The notes beneath the pieces are model-generated. The model was not told where the DNA came from, ran no database searches, and saw only the letters and a list, made by a program, of their open reading frames with translations. A stretch of 64,000 nt of DNA. Origin: an uncultured Planctomycetota bacterium. Its GTDB lineage: Bacteria; Planctomycetota; Planctomycetia; Pirellulales; Lacipirellulaceae. Below, piece by piece: positions 39,704 to 49,973 of the stretch. The translations under genes were made by a program, and so were the position numbers. The DNA is taken from positions 64,001-128,000 of the forward strand of contig CAVRBU010000002.1 of assembly GCA_963719315.1 (NCBI GenBank), in the 5' to 3' direction. Numbering within the stretch: the first letter of the stretch is position 1; each line of letters begins with the position of its first letter.

Positions 39704-40750
39704 TCACATATCGCCGTAGCGCCGCGGTAGAACGCGAATTTGCTCGCCTTCAATTTGGTACTCGAGACCGGCCGGCGTTAAGAGTGCGTCAAGAAGTTTT
39801 TCCCGGTCGACGTTTTCAACGGCAAACGACACCCGCTGGTCCAGCGATTTTCCTGCCGCCCGAATAGCTGGCTCATCGATCTGAATTGCCCAATGCAGCC
39901 GCTGCCCGAGTTCGCGGAGAACGGCGCCAACCGGTTTTTCCTGGACCCGCAAAGTGTAGACTCGTTTCTTGCCGCCTGCCGGTCGAAAGGGCGGCGGCTT
40001 CGGCTTAGCCCGATCGACGACGTTCTTTGCTATCCGCGCTTCGGGCCGACCTTCCAGCGGTACGATCAAGATCGTGCGGTCGCTTGGTTGCAACTCGAAC
40101 GTCAAATCAAATCCGAGTAGGAGCACCGACAACTGCTCAACCGCGGTGAGTTCCGGCAATTCGCCGGCTGCCCACAAGTCGTGGGGGATTCGTTCCGGCT
40201 GTGCGAGCCGCCAGCCGTTCTGCCCGGCGATGTTCGCCACGAGTTGCCGCGGCGCGCTGAGTCTCGGCCACGCCAGCGGTTTCTTTCCGCCGAGTGATGT
40301 CCGCAGATCTGCCGGCAACCGCGCGGCCACCTTTCCGCGTGCTGCGACAATCGCCCTCAATTGCTCGCCCGCCGCGATCGGGCCCAAATAGATGAGCTTG
40401 CCCAGTCGGCCGACACCCAACTGTTGCTCCGTCGCCACTGCCGCCACCACTTGCTCCGCCGAGGTGGCCTCGATATCGAGGCTCACCCGCAAGCCGGGAT
40501 CGGCTCGTCGGTCTACGAACACGGTTTCGTCGAATAGCGGCTTGAGCCGCCCAATGGCTTCACGGAGGGGAACGCCTTGCCAATGAATGGTCGCCGTTTG
40601 CCGCTGGGCTGGCCGACGCTGCGGCCTTACCGCTTCCAGCGTAAGCCGCGGCTTGGCCGTGTCGCTTTGTGCCGCCACCCGCGGGCTGGAAAGAAAGACG
40701 CCCGCAAGAGCGAGCCCCCAAATCGAAATGTGCTGGATTCGATGACTCAA
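39704..40750 (-). CDS. Secreted protein with STN-like repeats
   Basis: Signal peptide; IHWQGVPLREAI; LDQRVSFAVENV..LLDALL.PAGLEYQI. Confidence 0.65.
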   Translation of the reverse strand: MSHRIQHISIWGLALAGVFLSSPRVAAQSDTAKPRLTLEAVRPQRRPAQRQTATIHWQGVPLREAIGRLKPLFDETVFVDRRADPGLRVSLDIEATSAEQVVAAVATEQQLGVGRLGKLIYLGPIAAGEQLRAIVAARGKVAARLPADLRTSLGGKKPLAWPRLSAPRQLVANIAGQNGWRLAQPERIPHDLWAAGELPELTAVEQLSVLLLGFDLTFELQPSDRTILIVPLEGRPEARIAKNVVDRAKPKPPPFRPAGGKKRVYTLRVQEKPVGAVLRELGQRLHWAIQIDEPAIRAAGKSLDQRVSFAVENVDREKLLDALLTPAGLEYQIEGEQIRVLPRRYGDM

Positions 40751-41298
40751 GGGCCACAGCCTTTGTCAATAGTCTGGTCGAAATGTCGGACTGCTGGCCA
40801 CTGCATTAAACCGTGAGCCTGTCAAGGGAAAAGGTATTTTGTGCCGTAGAACAAACCATCGTCGAAGCACGCCTTCTGCTAGATTTTGCAAGAAAAATAG
40901 TGGCCCACCGCTGGTTTTTCATGTCTTTCTACTCCTCATTATACCCGACCGCGAATTCTCAAGAATATCGGCCGAGTACCGACGACCACAATCTCATCGC
41001 TCGGAGCGATTTTTTCGTTGTGCTCCCTTCAAATGTGATTACACTCAACCCTAGAGATTGGCGGGACCGGCGCCGAATCAGACTGCATCGGGGCGGGTGC
41101 ATCACTTTTCGCCGCCGGATATGAACGAAGGATTCGCAACCGCGCCGTTCAGCGCGGACCTCAAGGAACGGTCGGCAAGTTTGCCGTCGCGCCGTCTACG
41201 GAAACAGTGAGAGTGCGTTTCGGGGAACGAAGGTCCCCGATTCGATCGTTTCGTCTAAGAGCTGACTACATTGGGCCAGATGTAACGGAGTAAAAGGC

Positions 41299-41961
41299 GT
41301 GGACACTCGTCGCTTGCGCACCCCTGTACTTGTCATTTACTACAATCGATATCTCACCAATAACGACTGCGCGATGTTCATCAAGCGCGTGGCGCGGCGC
41401 TATTCGAATACCACACTCGAGCGGCTGCTCCTGACGGGCGACCACGTCGCACGCCGAGCCGCCGTGCTGGCGCTGAGTCTCATCGGCGATTACTCGTCGA
41501 ATGCCGTACTCGGCCGGGCGCTGGTCGATCGCGATCGCGGCGTACGGACGATCGCCGAAACCGGCATCCGCGAATTGTGGTGCCGCGTCGGCACTCGCCC
41601 GCAGCAGGAAATGCTCCGCGAAGTCGGCGACCTCAACGATCAACGGCAACACGCCGAGGCCGCTCGCCTGGCCACCGAGCTGATCCACAGCTCACCCTGG
41701 ATCGCTGAAGCCTGGTGCCAACGAGGCACGGCCCACTATCACCTGGGCCAATATGATGCCGCGATTCGCGACTGCCACCAGGCGCTCGAAATCAACCCGT
41801 ATCATTTCACCGCGGCGGCGGGCATGGGACAATGCTACATGCTGCAAGACAACCCCGTCGCCGCGTTGGAAGCCTTTCGCCGGGCCTTGCGCCTGAACCC
41901 TGGCCTCGAAGAAGTCCGAGCCCAAGTCGTCCGCCTGCAACGCTCGCTCAAACGCGAGTAA
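41299..41961 (+). CDS. HEAT- and TPR-repeat protein
   Basis: RRAAVLAL, ALVDRDRGVRTIAE; AEAWCQRG..AIRDCHQALEINPYHF. Confidence 0.85.
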   Translation: MDTRRLRTPVLVIYYNRYLTNNDCAMFIKRVARRYSNTTLERLLLTGDHVARRAAVLALSLIGDYSSNAVLGRALVDRDRGVRTIAETGIRELWCRVGTRPQQEMLREVGDLNDQRQHAEAARLATELIHSSPWIAEAWCQRGTAHYHLGQYDAAIRDCHQALEINPYHFTAAAGMGQCYMLQDNPVAALEAFRRALRLNPGLEEVRAQVVRLQRSLKRE

Positions 41962-42161
41962 GACTGAATCGCGCCGGTTTTCCTAACTCGCAACTCGTGC
42001 CTCGATCGCGCGGCGCAGGCTTCCTTTTGCAACTGGCTAGCAAGGGCAGAATTCGAACGCTAATGGCCTTAAGGCTTGCGTCGTTGCACGTCGAATTCGA
42101 CAAGTGGCATCTGTCGATTCGCCTTCGTAGTCGAGTTTCGAAGTAGCGCGACTAAGCTCAG

Positions 42162-43596
42162 CTACCGCACCAACCGTCCGCGCGGGATGCCCATCGCCTG
42201 GCGGACGCCGGCGGCGTACCGCTGCGGATTGGCCGAGAATTGTTGCAACGTGGCTTCGCTGGCGAACATATAGAACAAGCCGTCGAAGTCGAGGCTGTGT
42301 TCTCGTTTTCCGGGCACTTGTTGATGGTGGTCGATTGCGAGTACCGGGTCCATGCCCGAGAGGGCGGGTGTGTAGCGATCGGGGTCGGTCCAGAATTGCT
42401 TCTGCTCTTCGGGGCCGGCGAACCAGTAGGTGCGGCCGCGATGGACAATGCCCCATTGCGGATTGCCGGCGACCCACTTCCACGAATTTCGCATCGTAAC
42501 CGGGCAGTATCCGTCAAACCCGAGCGGTGGCGAGCCCGGCGGCAGCTTGGTTGGATCGGGCGTTCCGCCCGGAAGCGCTGGCCCCAACGCGGTCGATGCC
42601 GCGGCCCCCATCGGCGGAGCAATTGCGGCGTTCGGCACGCCCAGCGGCGGCGCGGAAAAAGTCGCTCCATAGCCTGTCGCGGACGGCATCGGCGCTGTGA
42701 GCGGTGTCGGAGGCGCCTGCTGAGTTGGCGGTGCCGACGTGGTGGCCGAGTAGTATGGATTCGGTACTTGAGCGGCAGGCGAAGCAGTGGGCGATTGTCC
42801 GACCGGAGTGATTGGAGGCTGCGCTACTGCAACCATGGGATTCATGGCCGGCTGCGGCGCGGGAGGTAGACCAGGCTGACTTGCCATCGGATATCCGACA
42901 GAGGCCGAGTTGTACATCGGCGATGTGGGGGCGGCGCCGGGAATCGCAGGCAAACCCGGGTTCGAAGGGAATTGGCCAATCGTACTAGTCGATGCGTTGC
43001 CCGCACCGAAGGGCGAGGCTCCCGTGCCCATTGCCGCGAATGAATTGTTCGACCCGGCGGTCGCCGGCGCGATCGCCAGCGGCGTATTGGGCGCGATTTG
43101 GAGCCCGGCATATGCGGCGTTGATTTGCGGCTGTGCTGGCGCGTTCGCCGCGGCGGTGGCATACGCCCGACCGCTCTTGCTCGCGTATTTCGAAGCCAAC
43201 GAGGTTAATTCGGAAACGTAGGCAATCGACGTCGGTGGACTGACCAGCTTGCCCACGAGCTGGCCGTCCGGCGTAATAATCACGTCGGTCGGCACGCGGT
43301 TGACGCCATACCACTGGGCGGTGGCCGAGTTCTCATCGGCGTTCAGTTTCACCGGCACGTACTGCGCTTCGAGAGCACTGGACACACCCGGCTGGTTGAA
43401 CACGTTCTGCTCGAGCCAAGCAGGGCCCGCAACTAGGTGTCCAGAAATGGACGAGGACCAGCCGGTTGCTCTCCTTCGCCATGGCTTTGGCGGACTCGAG
43501 ATCGTGGTGCCAATGGACGGACTCCTGCTGGGCCCAAGCGGGCAGCGCCAGCACGGCAATAAGAACCACAATAAGCGGCGACCATCGGTATCTCAT
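42162..43596 (-). CDS. Thioredoxin-fold plus YHS-like domain protein; frameshift near 43420
   Basis: VHFWTPSCGPC in ORF 43333-43617 continues as LEQNVFNQP..VPVKLNAD; C-terminal GFDGYCPV..F..DPDRY. Confidence 0.8.
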
Positions 43597-43871
43597 GGAG
43601 TCGGCCCTCGACATCAAAAGTACTTACGGGCGCAAGGAGCTTTTTTGCGCCCAATGGCGCACCCTCGCCACCGTTATCGACCCGGCCTGCGTTCGACTTT
43701 GCTAATTTTAACGATTTTGGGGATTCTGCGGATTCGTGAATCGCGGCAACGCCAGCAGCCAGTTCATGAAAAAGTGCCGTAGATCGTGTCCGATTCAAAG
43801 GATTGGAGCCTAGAAATCGGGGTTCTCGCCAATTTCTTCCACTTTTTGCTCGCCAGCGGTGCATCTAAAGC

Positions 43872-43900
43872 TTGACAATCACCGAAGAAGGTGGAAGAAT
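43872..43900 (+). promoter_or_regulatory. Putative sigma70 promoter about 550 nt upstream of rho
   Basis: TTGACA-17 nt-AAGAAT. Confidence 0.45.
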
Positions 43901-44452
43901 ACGCTGGAGTTGATTGTCTTGCCGGCTTTTCGGCAGGTTCTACCGGCCAAATGCTTTGGCTTGCGGCAGCGACGAATTTAAAACGCTGTCCGGTAAGCTA
44001 AAGGCCGCCTCAGCGCCCTCAGGATTGCTCTTGGGCAATGAGGTATCCGTCGGAGCCTTGGCCTTGGGTCTTCGGATTCTGTTCGTTCGATCCCGACCAA
44101 TAATCCACGGCAGATAGACGCTATACGTCTGCTAACAGACTGACCGCTGGATGACCTGGTTGTCCGCACGCGCGGCGCCCGGCATCGCGGCCATGCGAAA
44201 GCAGAGCCAATTTCGCTCGCGCCTCGGCGTGCGCGCACCAAGCATGGATACACGTCGCGGGCACCGCCCGAAGGTGGTCGCGACCAACCCTATCGACCAA
44301 GGCGAGTCTTTCGCAGGTCTCTCGTTTCAGTAATTGAACTTCAATTGCGGCACATGGCCGTCTTCGATCTCTCACATTCTGAGTTCTGTTTCACGCTCCC
44401 CGTGGGGAGTTTCTCATTGTTGCATTGGGTAAGGTAAAAGGTTTTGAGTCAC

Positions 44453-45810
44453 ATGGCTAAGAAGCAGCGTCGGGGCGGCGGGGGTGGAGGCGGCGGGGGC
44501 GGCGGACGCTACCGAGACAATCGCCAGAGCGGATACAACCGCGGCGGGGGTGGAGGCGGCGGACGACGCGGCGGTCCAGGCGGCGGGGGCGGCGGCAACC
44601 GCAGCGGCGGGCGACGCCGGTCGTACGGCCCCAATAGCGACCGCCAAGATCGTCAGGACTTCGAGCCAAGCGAGAATGGCGATGCGCTGCCGCTCGTAGC
44701 CGGTTCGGGCGTGCTCGAAATGCACCCCAACGGTTATGGCTTTCTACGCAACCCGGGCGCCGATTTCACGCGCGAGCGGTCCGACCCATTTGTGCCGGGC
44801 ACGATGATCGAGAAGTTCGGCCTCCGCGAAGGGCTGCTCCTCACCGGCATGGTCCAGCGGCATCGCCGCGGCCAGGGTCCGCGCCTGAAAGAGCTCCTGG
44901 ACGTCGATGGCATGGTTCCCGACGACTACACCAAGGTGAAGTCGTTCGACGAGCTCACGCCGATTAACCCGGAGGAATGGTTCCAATTGGAAACGGGCCA
45001 AACGCCCATTACGACCCGCGTCATGGATTTGTTGACGCCGCTGGGCAAGGGCCAGCGGGCGCTGATTGTCGCTCCGCCGCGCACCGGCAAGACGATCATG
45101 ATCCAGCAAATCAGTAACGCGATCACGACCAACTATCCCGACGTTTCAATGGTCGTACTGCTGGTCGATGAGCGGCCGGAAGAAGTCACCGACATGCAAC
45201 GGATCATCAAGGGCGAGGTCTTCGCCAGTAGCCTCGACCGCGACGTGGAGAGCCACGTGCGGCTCGCACAGCTAACGGTCGAGCGATGCAAGCGGCTCGC
45301 CGAAATGGGCAAAGACGTGTTCATGCTCTTGGATTCGATCACGCGCTGGCGCGGGCGTTCAACAAGTGGGTCGGCAATACCGGCCGCACAATGACGGGTG
45401 GCGTCGATATCAAGGCCATGGACATTCCGAAAAAGCTGTTCGCCACGGCTCGAGCGTTCGAAGAAGGCGGTTCGCTGACGGTGGTTGGCACCGCGCTGAT
45501 CGACACCGGCAGTCGGATGGACGACTTGATCTTTCAGGAGTTCAAGGGGACCGGCAATATGGAGCTGGTGCTCGATCGCAAACTGGCCGACCGGCGCGTA
45601 TGGCCGGCAATTGATCTCGAACAATCCGGCACTCGGCGCGAGGAAAAACTGCTGCCGCCGGCAACGTTGCATGCTGCGACGATGCTCCGCCGCACGCTGT
45701 CGACGATGCATCACGTCGATGCCATGGAGCAACTGACGACGAAGCTCAACAAGTTCAAATCGAACGAAGAATTCGTAAAACTGATTCAGGGCGCGCCGGC
45801 GATCGACTAA
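44453..45810 (+). CDS. rho: Transcription termination factor Rho with RGG-rich N-terminus; 1-nt deletion near 45346
   Basis: [39 protein letters not shown] / [22 protein letters not shown]. Confidence 0.95.
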
Positions 45811-46847
45811 TTCGGCGTGAACATAGTTACGCCGCACCCGCGATACTCGCCGAGCGACGCGAGTTCGCGCGGTGCATCAGCGAGCGGCAATGTTCGGTCG
45901 ATTATTAATGTCGGGTCGAGCTTACCCGATTGGATAAGGTCGAACAACTTCGGGTATGCGTGGGCTTGAATGCCATGACTACCCACTATCTCAAGTTCCC
46001 ATGCGATCAGCCGACGAAGAGCGGCCGCCGGAATGTCTTGCTCCGCGAGCAAGCCAACCTGAACATGCCGGCCGCGCTTACGCAGCGACAGCACGGAATT
46101 GGCAAACGTCGCCGGGCTGCCTAACGCATCGAGCGAGACGTCCGCGCCGCCGCCAGTGAGGTCGCGGATCGCTGCTGAAGCGTCGGATACTTCAGACGCA
46201 TTGAGCGTGATTTCAGCGCCGAGGCGCTTTGCCAACACGAGCGGCTCCTCGCGAATGTCGACGGCGATCACACTCGCCCCGAGCGCGGCGGCAATCATGA
46301 CTGCCGAGGCGCCAACGCCGCCGCAACCATGAATCGCGACCCATTCTCCGGGCTTAACAGCCCCCTGTACACTCACAGCGCGAAACGCGGTACCCAGTCG
46401 GCAGCCCAGTGCGGCGGCTGCCGCGCTGGACAAGTCCGCGGGTAACGGCACGAGGTTATCATTGGCATACCGGACTGCGACGAGCTCAGCAAATGTGCCC
46501 CAGCCCGTGAAGCCGGGCTGAAATTGAGAGTCGCAAATGTGCTGATTGCCTCGCCGGCACTCGGCGCACTTGCCGCAACCTGCGACAAAGGGCATGGTCA
46601 CTCGCTGGCCGACAAGTGCCCGTTTCACATCGCGGCCGACTTCAATCACCGTGCCGGCGAATTCGTGGCCGGGTGTGTGTGGAAAGCTCTTGATTTCGGG
46701 GTCGTGGCCACGCCAACCGTGCCAGTCGCTACGGCAGAGGCCGGTCGCTTCGACTTTGACGACCGCCCCATCCGGCGTTGGCGTTGGATCGTTCACCGTT
46801 TCGATCGCGATGGGCCCGTCGAATTTGTGGTAGACAACTGCTTTCAT
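45807..46847 (-). CDS. Zinc-dependent alcohol dehydrogenase family protein
   Basis: GLCRSD, PGHE, CGKCAECRRGNQHIC, GCGGVG. Confidence 0.93.
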   Translation of the reverse strand: MKAVVYHKFDGPIAIETVNDPTPTPDGAVVKVEATGLCRSDWHGWRGHDPEIKSFPHTPGHEFAGTVIEVGRDVKRALVGQRVTMPFVAGCGKCAECRRGNQHICDSQFQPGFTGWGTFAELVAVRYANDNLVPLPADLSSAAAAALGCRLGTAFRAVSVQGAVKPGEWVAIHGCGGVGASAVMIAAALGASVIAVDIREEPLVLAKRLGAEITLNASEVSDASAAIRDLTGGGADVSLDALGSPATFANSVLSLRKRGRHVQVGLLAEQDIPAAALRRLIAWELEIVGSHGIQAHAYPKLFDLIQSGKLDPTLIIDRTLPLADAPRELASLGEYRGCGVTMFTPN

Positions 46848-47099
46848 AGGGTTTGGTCGCTATCGATATGCCGGTCCGCACTTCAACGCCGGCTGCTTGC
46901 ATCCGCCGTTTAGCTTCTATGTCTTGTAACGAGGTTGTAACACGAGGGTTGTCTCACGCGGTGTATCGTCGAAAGAATTACGTAGCAACGCAGCCAATTA
47001 GCACCATCTCGCAATGAATTGAAACTTTCTCATCGCAAGGCACGTCCAAACTGCAGTCGATCAATTTCCCCGTCCCGGTTCAATGCAAAGGAGTCTCGT

Positions 47100-48323
47100 A
47101 TGTTACAACGCTTCACATTGGGCGCCGCGATGCTGGTTGGATTGGCAGCCAGCACGCTTAGTTTCGCGGAAGACACGCGAGTTGTCATCCGTGTCGAGAA
47201 ACCGCAAGCGAGTGCCGTTGTTTCCAGCCAGCCGCCGTTTCACGGAAAGCGGCCCGCGGTGGATGTGGCCATTCTGCTGGATACTTCGAATTCCATGGAC
47301 GGCCTGATCGACCAGGCCAAGAACCAACTGTGGACCATCGTGCAACAGTTTGCCAAGGCGAAAAAACAAGGCCAGACGCCGGTGCTTCGCGTGGCGTTGT
47401 TCGAATATGGCAACACAAACCTCCCGGCGTCGGAGGGGTATATCCGCCAGGTCATGCCGCTTACCGACGATCTCGACAAACTCTCGGAATCGCTGTACGC
47501 GCTGAAAACCTCCGGCGGCGACGAATACTGCGGGCAGGTGATCAACGAAGCCTTCAAGCGGCTGGATTGGTCGAAGGAGCCGAATGGCTACAAAGCGATC
47601 TTCATCGCCGGCAATGAGCCGTTTACGCAAGGGCCGGTCGACTACCGCAAATCCTGCAAACGAGCGATCGAGCACGGCATCGTCGTCAACACGATTCACT
47701 GCGGCACCAGCCAAGAAGGCATTCAAGGCGAATGGCAACATGGCGCACAGCTGGCCGAGGGAGAGTTTTTCAACATCGACCAGGACCGGACCGAAGTGCA
47801 CATCGATTGCCCGCAAGATAAAGTTATCATTCAACTCAACGCGGAGTTGAATAAGACGTATCTTTGGTACGGCGCAGCGGCAGTCCGGAGCAGATACGAG
47901 GCGAACCAAGTGGCGCAAGACAAGAACGCCGAACGCTCCAGCCCCAACGCCGCGGCCACCCGCGCGTCGGCAAAATCGGGCGCCGCTTATTACAATCGCA
48001 ATCGAGACCTCGTGGATACTTTGGCTGAGGATAAAGAGATTCTCAAAAAGGTGAAGGACGAGGAATTGCCGGAGGGCATCAAACAATTGAAGCCCGCGGA
48101 GCGCGAGGCGTACGTCCGGAACATGGCGAGCCGGCGGAGCGAGGTTCAAAAGCAGATCAATGACTTGGCCGCGGAACGCGAAAAATACCTGGCGAAAGAA
48201 CGCAAACGAGTAGCCGGTGAGGCCGAGAGCTCAACGTTCGGCGATGCCACCGTCGCGGCGATTCGAAAGCAACTGGAGAAAGCCGGCTTTGAGAACGAAG
48301 ACAACTCCGCACGAGCGAACTAG
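47100..48323 (+). CDS. Secreted vWA-domain protein
   Basis: Signal peptide; MIDAS motif LLDTSNSM; GGDEYCG; IAGNEPF. Confidence 0.88.
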   Translation: MLQRFTLGAAMLVGLAASTLSFAEDTRVVIRVEKPQASAVVSSQPPFHGKRPAVDVAILLDTSNSMDGLIDQAKNQLWTIVQQFAKAKKQGQTPVLRVALFEYGNTNLPASEGYIRQVMPLTDDLDKLSESLYALKTSGGDEYCGQVINEAFKRLDWSKEPNGYKAIFIAGNEPFTQGPVDYRKSCKRAIEHGIVVNTIHCGTSQEGIQGEWQHGAQLAEGEFFNIDQDRTEVHIDCPQDKVIIQLNAELNKTYLWYGAAAVRSRYEANQVAQDKNAERSSPNAAATRASAKSGAAYYNRNRDLVDTLAEDKEILKKVKDEELPEGIKQLKPAEREAYVRNMASRRSEVQKQINDLAAEREKYLAKERKRVAGEAESSTFGDATVAAIRKQLEKAGFENEDNSARAN

Positions 48324-48355
48324 GTTGGCGGTTCCCAGAGACGGCGTTTATACTA

Positions 48356-48397
48356 ACACCCGGTCCGCTTCCGTGAGGGGGCAACCGGGTGTTTTTT
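48356..48397 (+). terminator. Intrinsic terminator after the vWA gene
   Basis: ACACCCGG...CCGGGTGT stem followed by a T run. Confidence 0.6.
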
Positions 48398-48695
48398 ATG
48401 CCGCGTAGTTGGCCACGATACTTGGAATTTTCCCGAAGTCGATTCCTGCAAGGAGCGGCGGCCACCAGTGGACTATCGCTCACAACGGGGCTCTATACTT
48501 GATACTTGGCACGTCGAGCCACATTGGTTGAAAATCGTCGAGCGCGACTTGCCGGTCGCTGGCCTGCCACCAAGTTTACAGGGAACTCGAATAACGCAGC
48601 TCAGCGATTTGCACATCGGTCCCCGTATCGACGATGCGTATCTTCTGGATGCGTTTGCACGGGTCCGGGCGCAGGCGCCCGAGATCGTTGTCTTT
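48398..48695 (+). pseudogene. YkuE-like metallophosphoesterase, frameshifted by a 7-bp duplication and truncated at the 3' end
   Basis: GLYT-WHVEPHWL..RITQLSDLHIG..PEIVVF, then homology stops before the GD motif; ATACTTG duplicated at 48495-48508. Confidence 0.85.
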
Positions 48696-48805
48696 AGGCG
48701 GAAGATTGCGGCGGCGAACGGGTGTAAGAAACGGTGGGACAGGCGGATGGTAACTGGCGGGTATCACGGTGGTGATAACTTACACTGATCGGTCAGGCGT
48801 TCATT

Positions 48806-49027
48806 GTGTGAGCGTCACGATCGTGGTTAGTTTGGGTAAGCTTTCCAGAAGTCCTCCCAGGCGCCGGGCTGGCTGAGGTAGAGTGCTCGGAGATGGCAGA
48901 CGGCGTCGGAACCCGCTTCGCTCCAGCGCATGCCGCTCCCTTTGAGTCGATTGCCGACCACCGTCTTGCAGGCACTCTCCACCGGACCGCTGCCGATCTG
49001 CCAGCCGTTGGCCACATACCGCGGGTA
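48806..49027 (-). mobile_element. ISKra4-family 3' fragment with right end
   Basis: YPRYVANGWQIGSGPVESACKTVVGNRLKGSGMRW; terminal GTGTGAGCGTCACGATCGTGG resembles the 51635 end. Confidence 0.85.
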
Positions 49028-49276
49028 TCCAGTTCACTTGACCAGCAAAATGCCGACGGCGACTGCGGTATCAACAAGTGTGCATTGTTCGGTGCGTTCA
49101 ACCAGGCTGTTATTCTTGCCGACCGCGGCGGGATTCGCTTGCAGCGGTCCGACGACATCAAGTTTGTCGAGGACCAAATTGCCTTGAAGGCCGTCAGCCG
49201 TTACGACATGAACGTGCACGATCCCGGCGACAGCAGCAATGCGGGTGCCTACGTGGCATTGTCAACGCACAGCTAG
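49023..49276 (+). pseudogene. C-terminal remnant of an HK97-fold phage major capsid protein
   Basis: GYPVHLTSKMP.. / KCALFGAFNQAVILADRGGIRLQRSDDIKFVEDQIALKAVSRYDMNVHDP with one frameshift. Confidence 0.75.
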
Positions 49277-49385
49277 AAACTTTTGTTCCGATCTTCGCTC
49301 GTTGTGAGGTTCGGATGTACGAACAACGGCCGGCTCCGCTTTTCACGGCGGCGGCCGGCCGTTGTTTTTTTATTACGGATAGAAC

Positions 49386-49600
49386 ATGCAACGCGGCACA
49401 GTAGTTTCACTGAACCTTGAACGTAAATTCTTTTTTATCCGTGGCGAAACGGCAGTACGCCGGATGTCTTTGCACACCATAGCGACCTGGACGAAAGCGT
49501 TTCGTTTGATGCAACGCTAGAGCAACGCCGCGTGCAATTCGAGCAATGCGATACGCCGCGTGGATTGAAGGCCCGGAAGATTCAAGCGGCGGAGGACTGA
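49386..49600 (+). pseudogene. Cold-shock-domain protein with a 1-nt deletion
   Basis: MQRGTVVSLNLERKFFFIRGE / NGSTPDVFAHHSDL..RVQFEQCDTPRGLKARKI (RNP1- and RNP2-like motifs). Confidence 0.75.
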
Positions 49601-49973
49601 GGCAAAATCGGACGTGTCTGTTAGTCGGCTCAACCCGTCGGATGCGTTCCTGGGGCATCCTGTGGCTGCCGATTTGGCAAAAGGTGCGTGCGACCCCGGA
49701 ATGAGGCCAATCGCAATCGAAAGCCGCTAGACGGCGACGGCCGCGGGGCCGGTGTTCATTGACAACTTGAATAGCCCGTCGGAAGTCGCGAGCCGGCGGG
49801 CAATGCGTGTGCGCACGGCTACCGACTAGCCCACACGATCAAGCCGAGAGCTACAGCAACCAGCGTCGTGGCGATTAGCAGAGTGCGGAGTGAAAGCGCC
49901 AGAATTGTAGGGACACCTCTGCAAGGCAACACTGCTCGACCAGCTAGGCGTCGCACAGGGTGCGGTTATTTCG

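Noticed and set aside
41100..41295. Possible ncRNA upstream of the TPR gene
   Set aside because: Only short unrelated hairpins; no recognisable motif or terminator.
45286..45394. Programmed frameshift or split rho
   Set aside because: No slippery motif; one missing C in the conserved ITRLARA is better explained as an assembly error.
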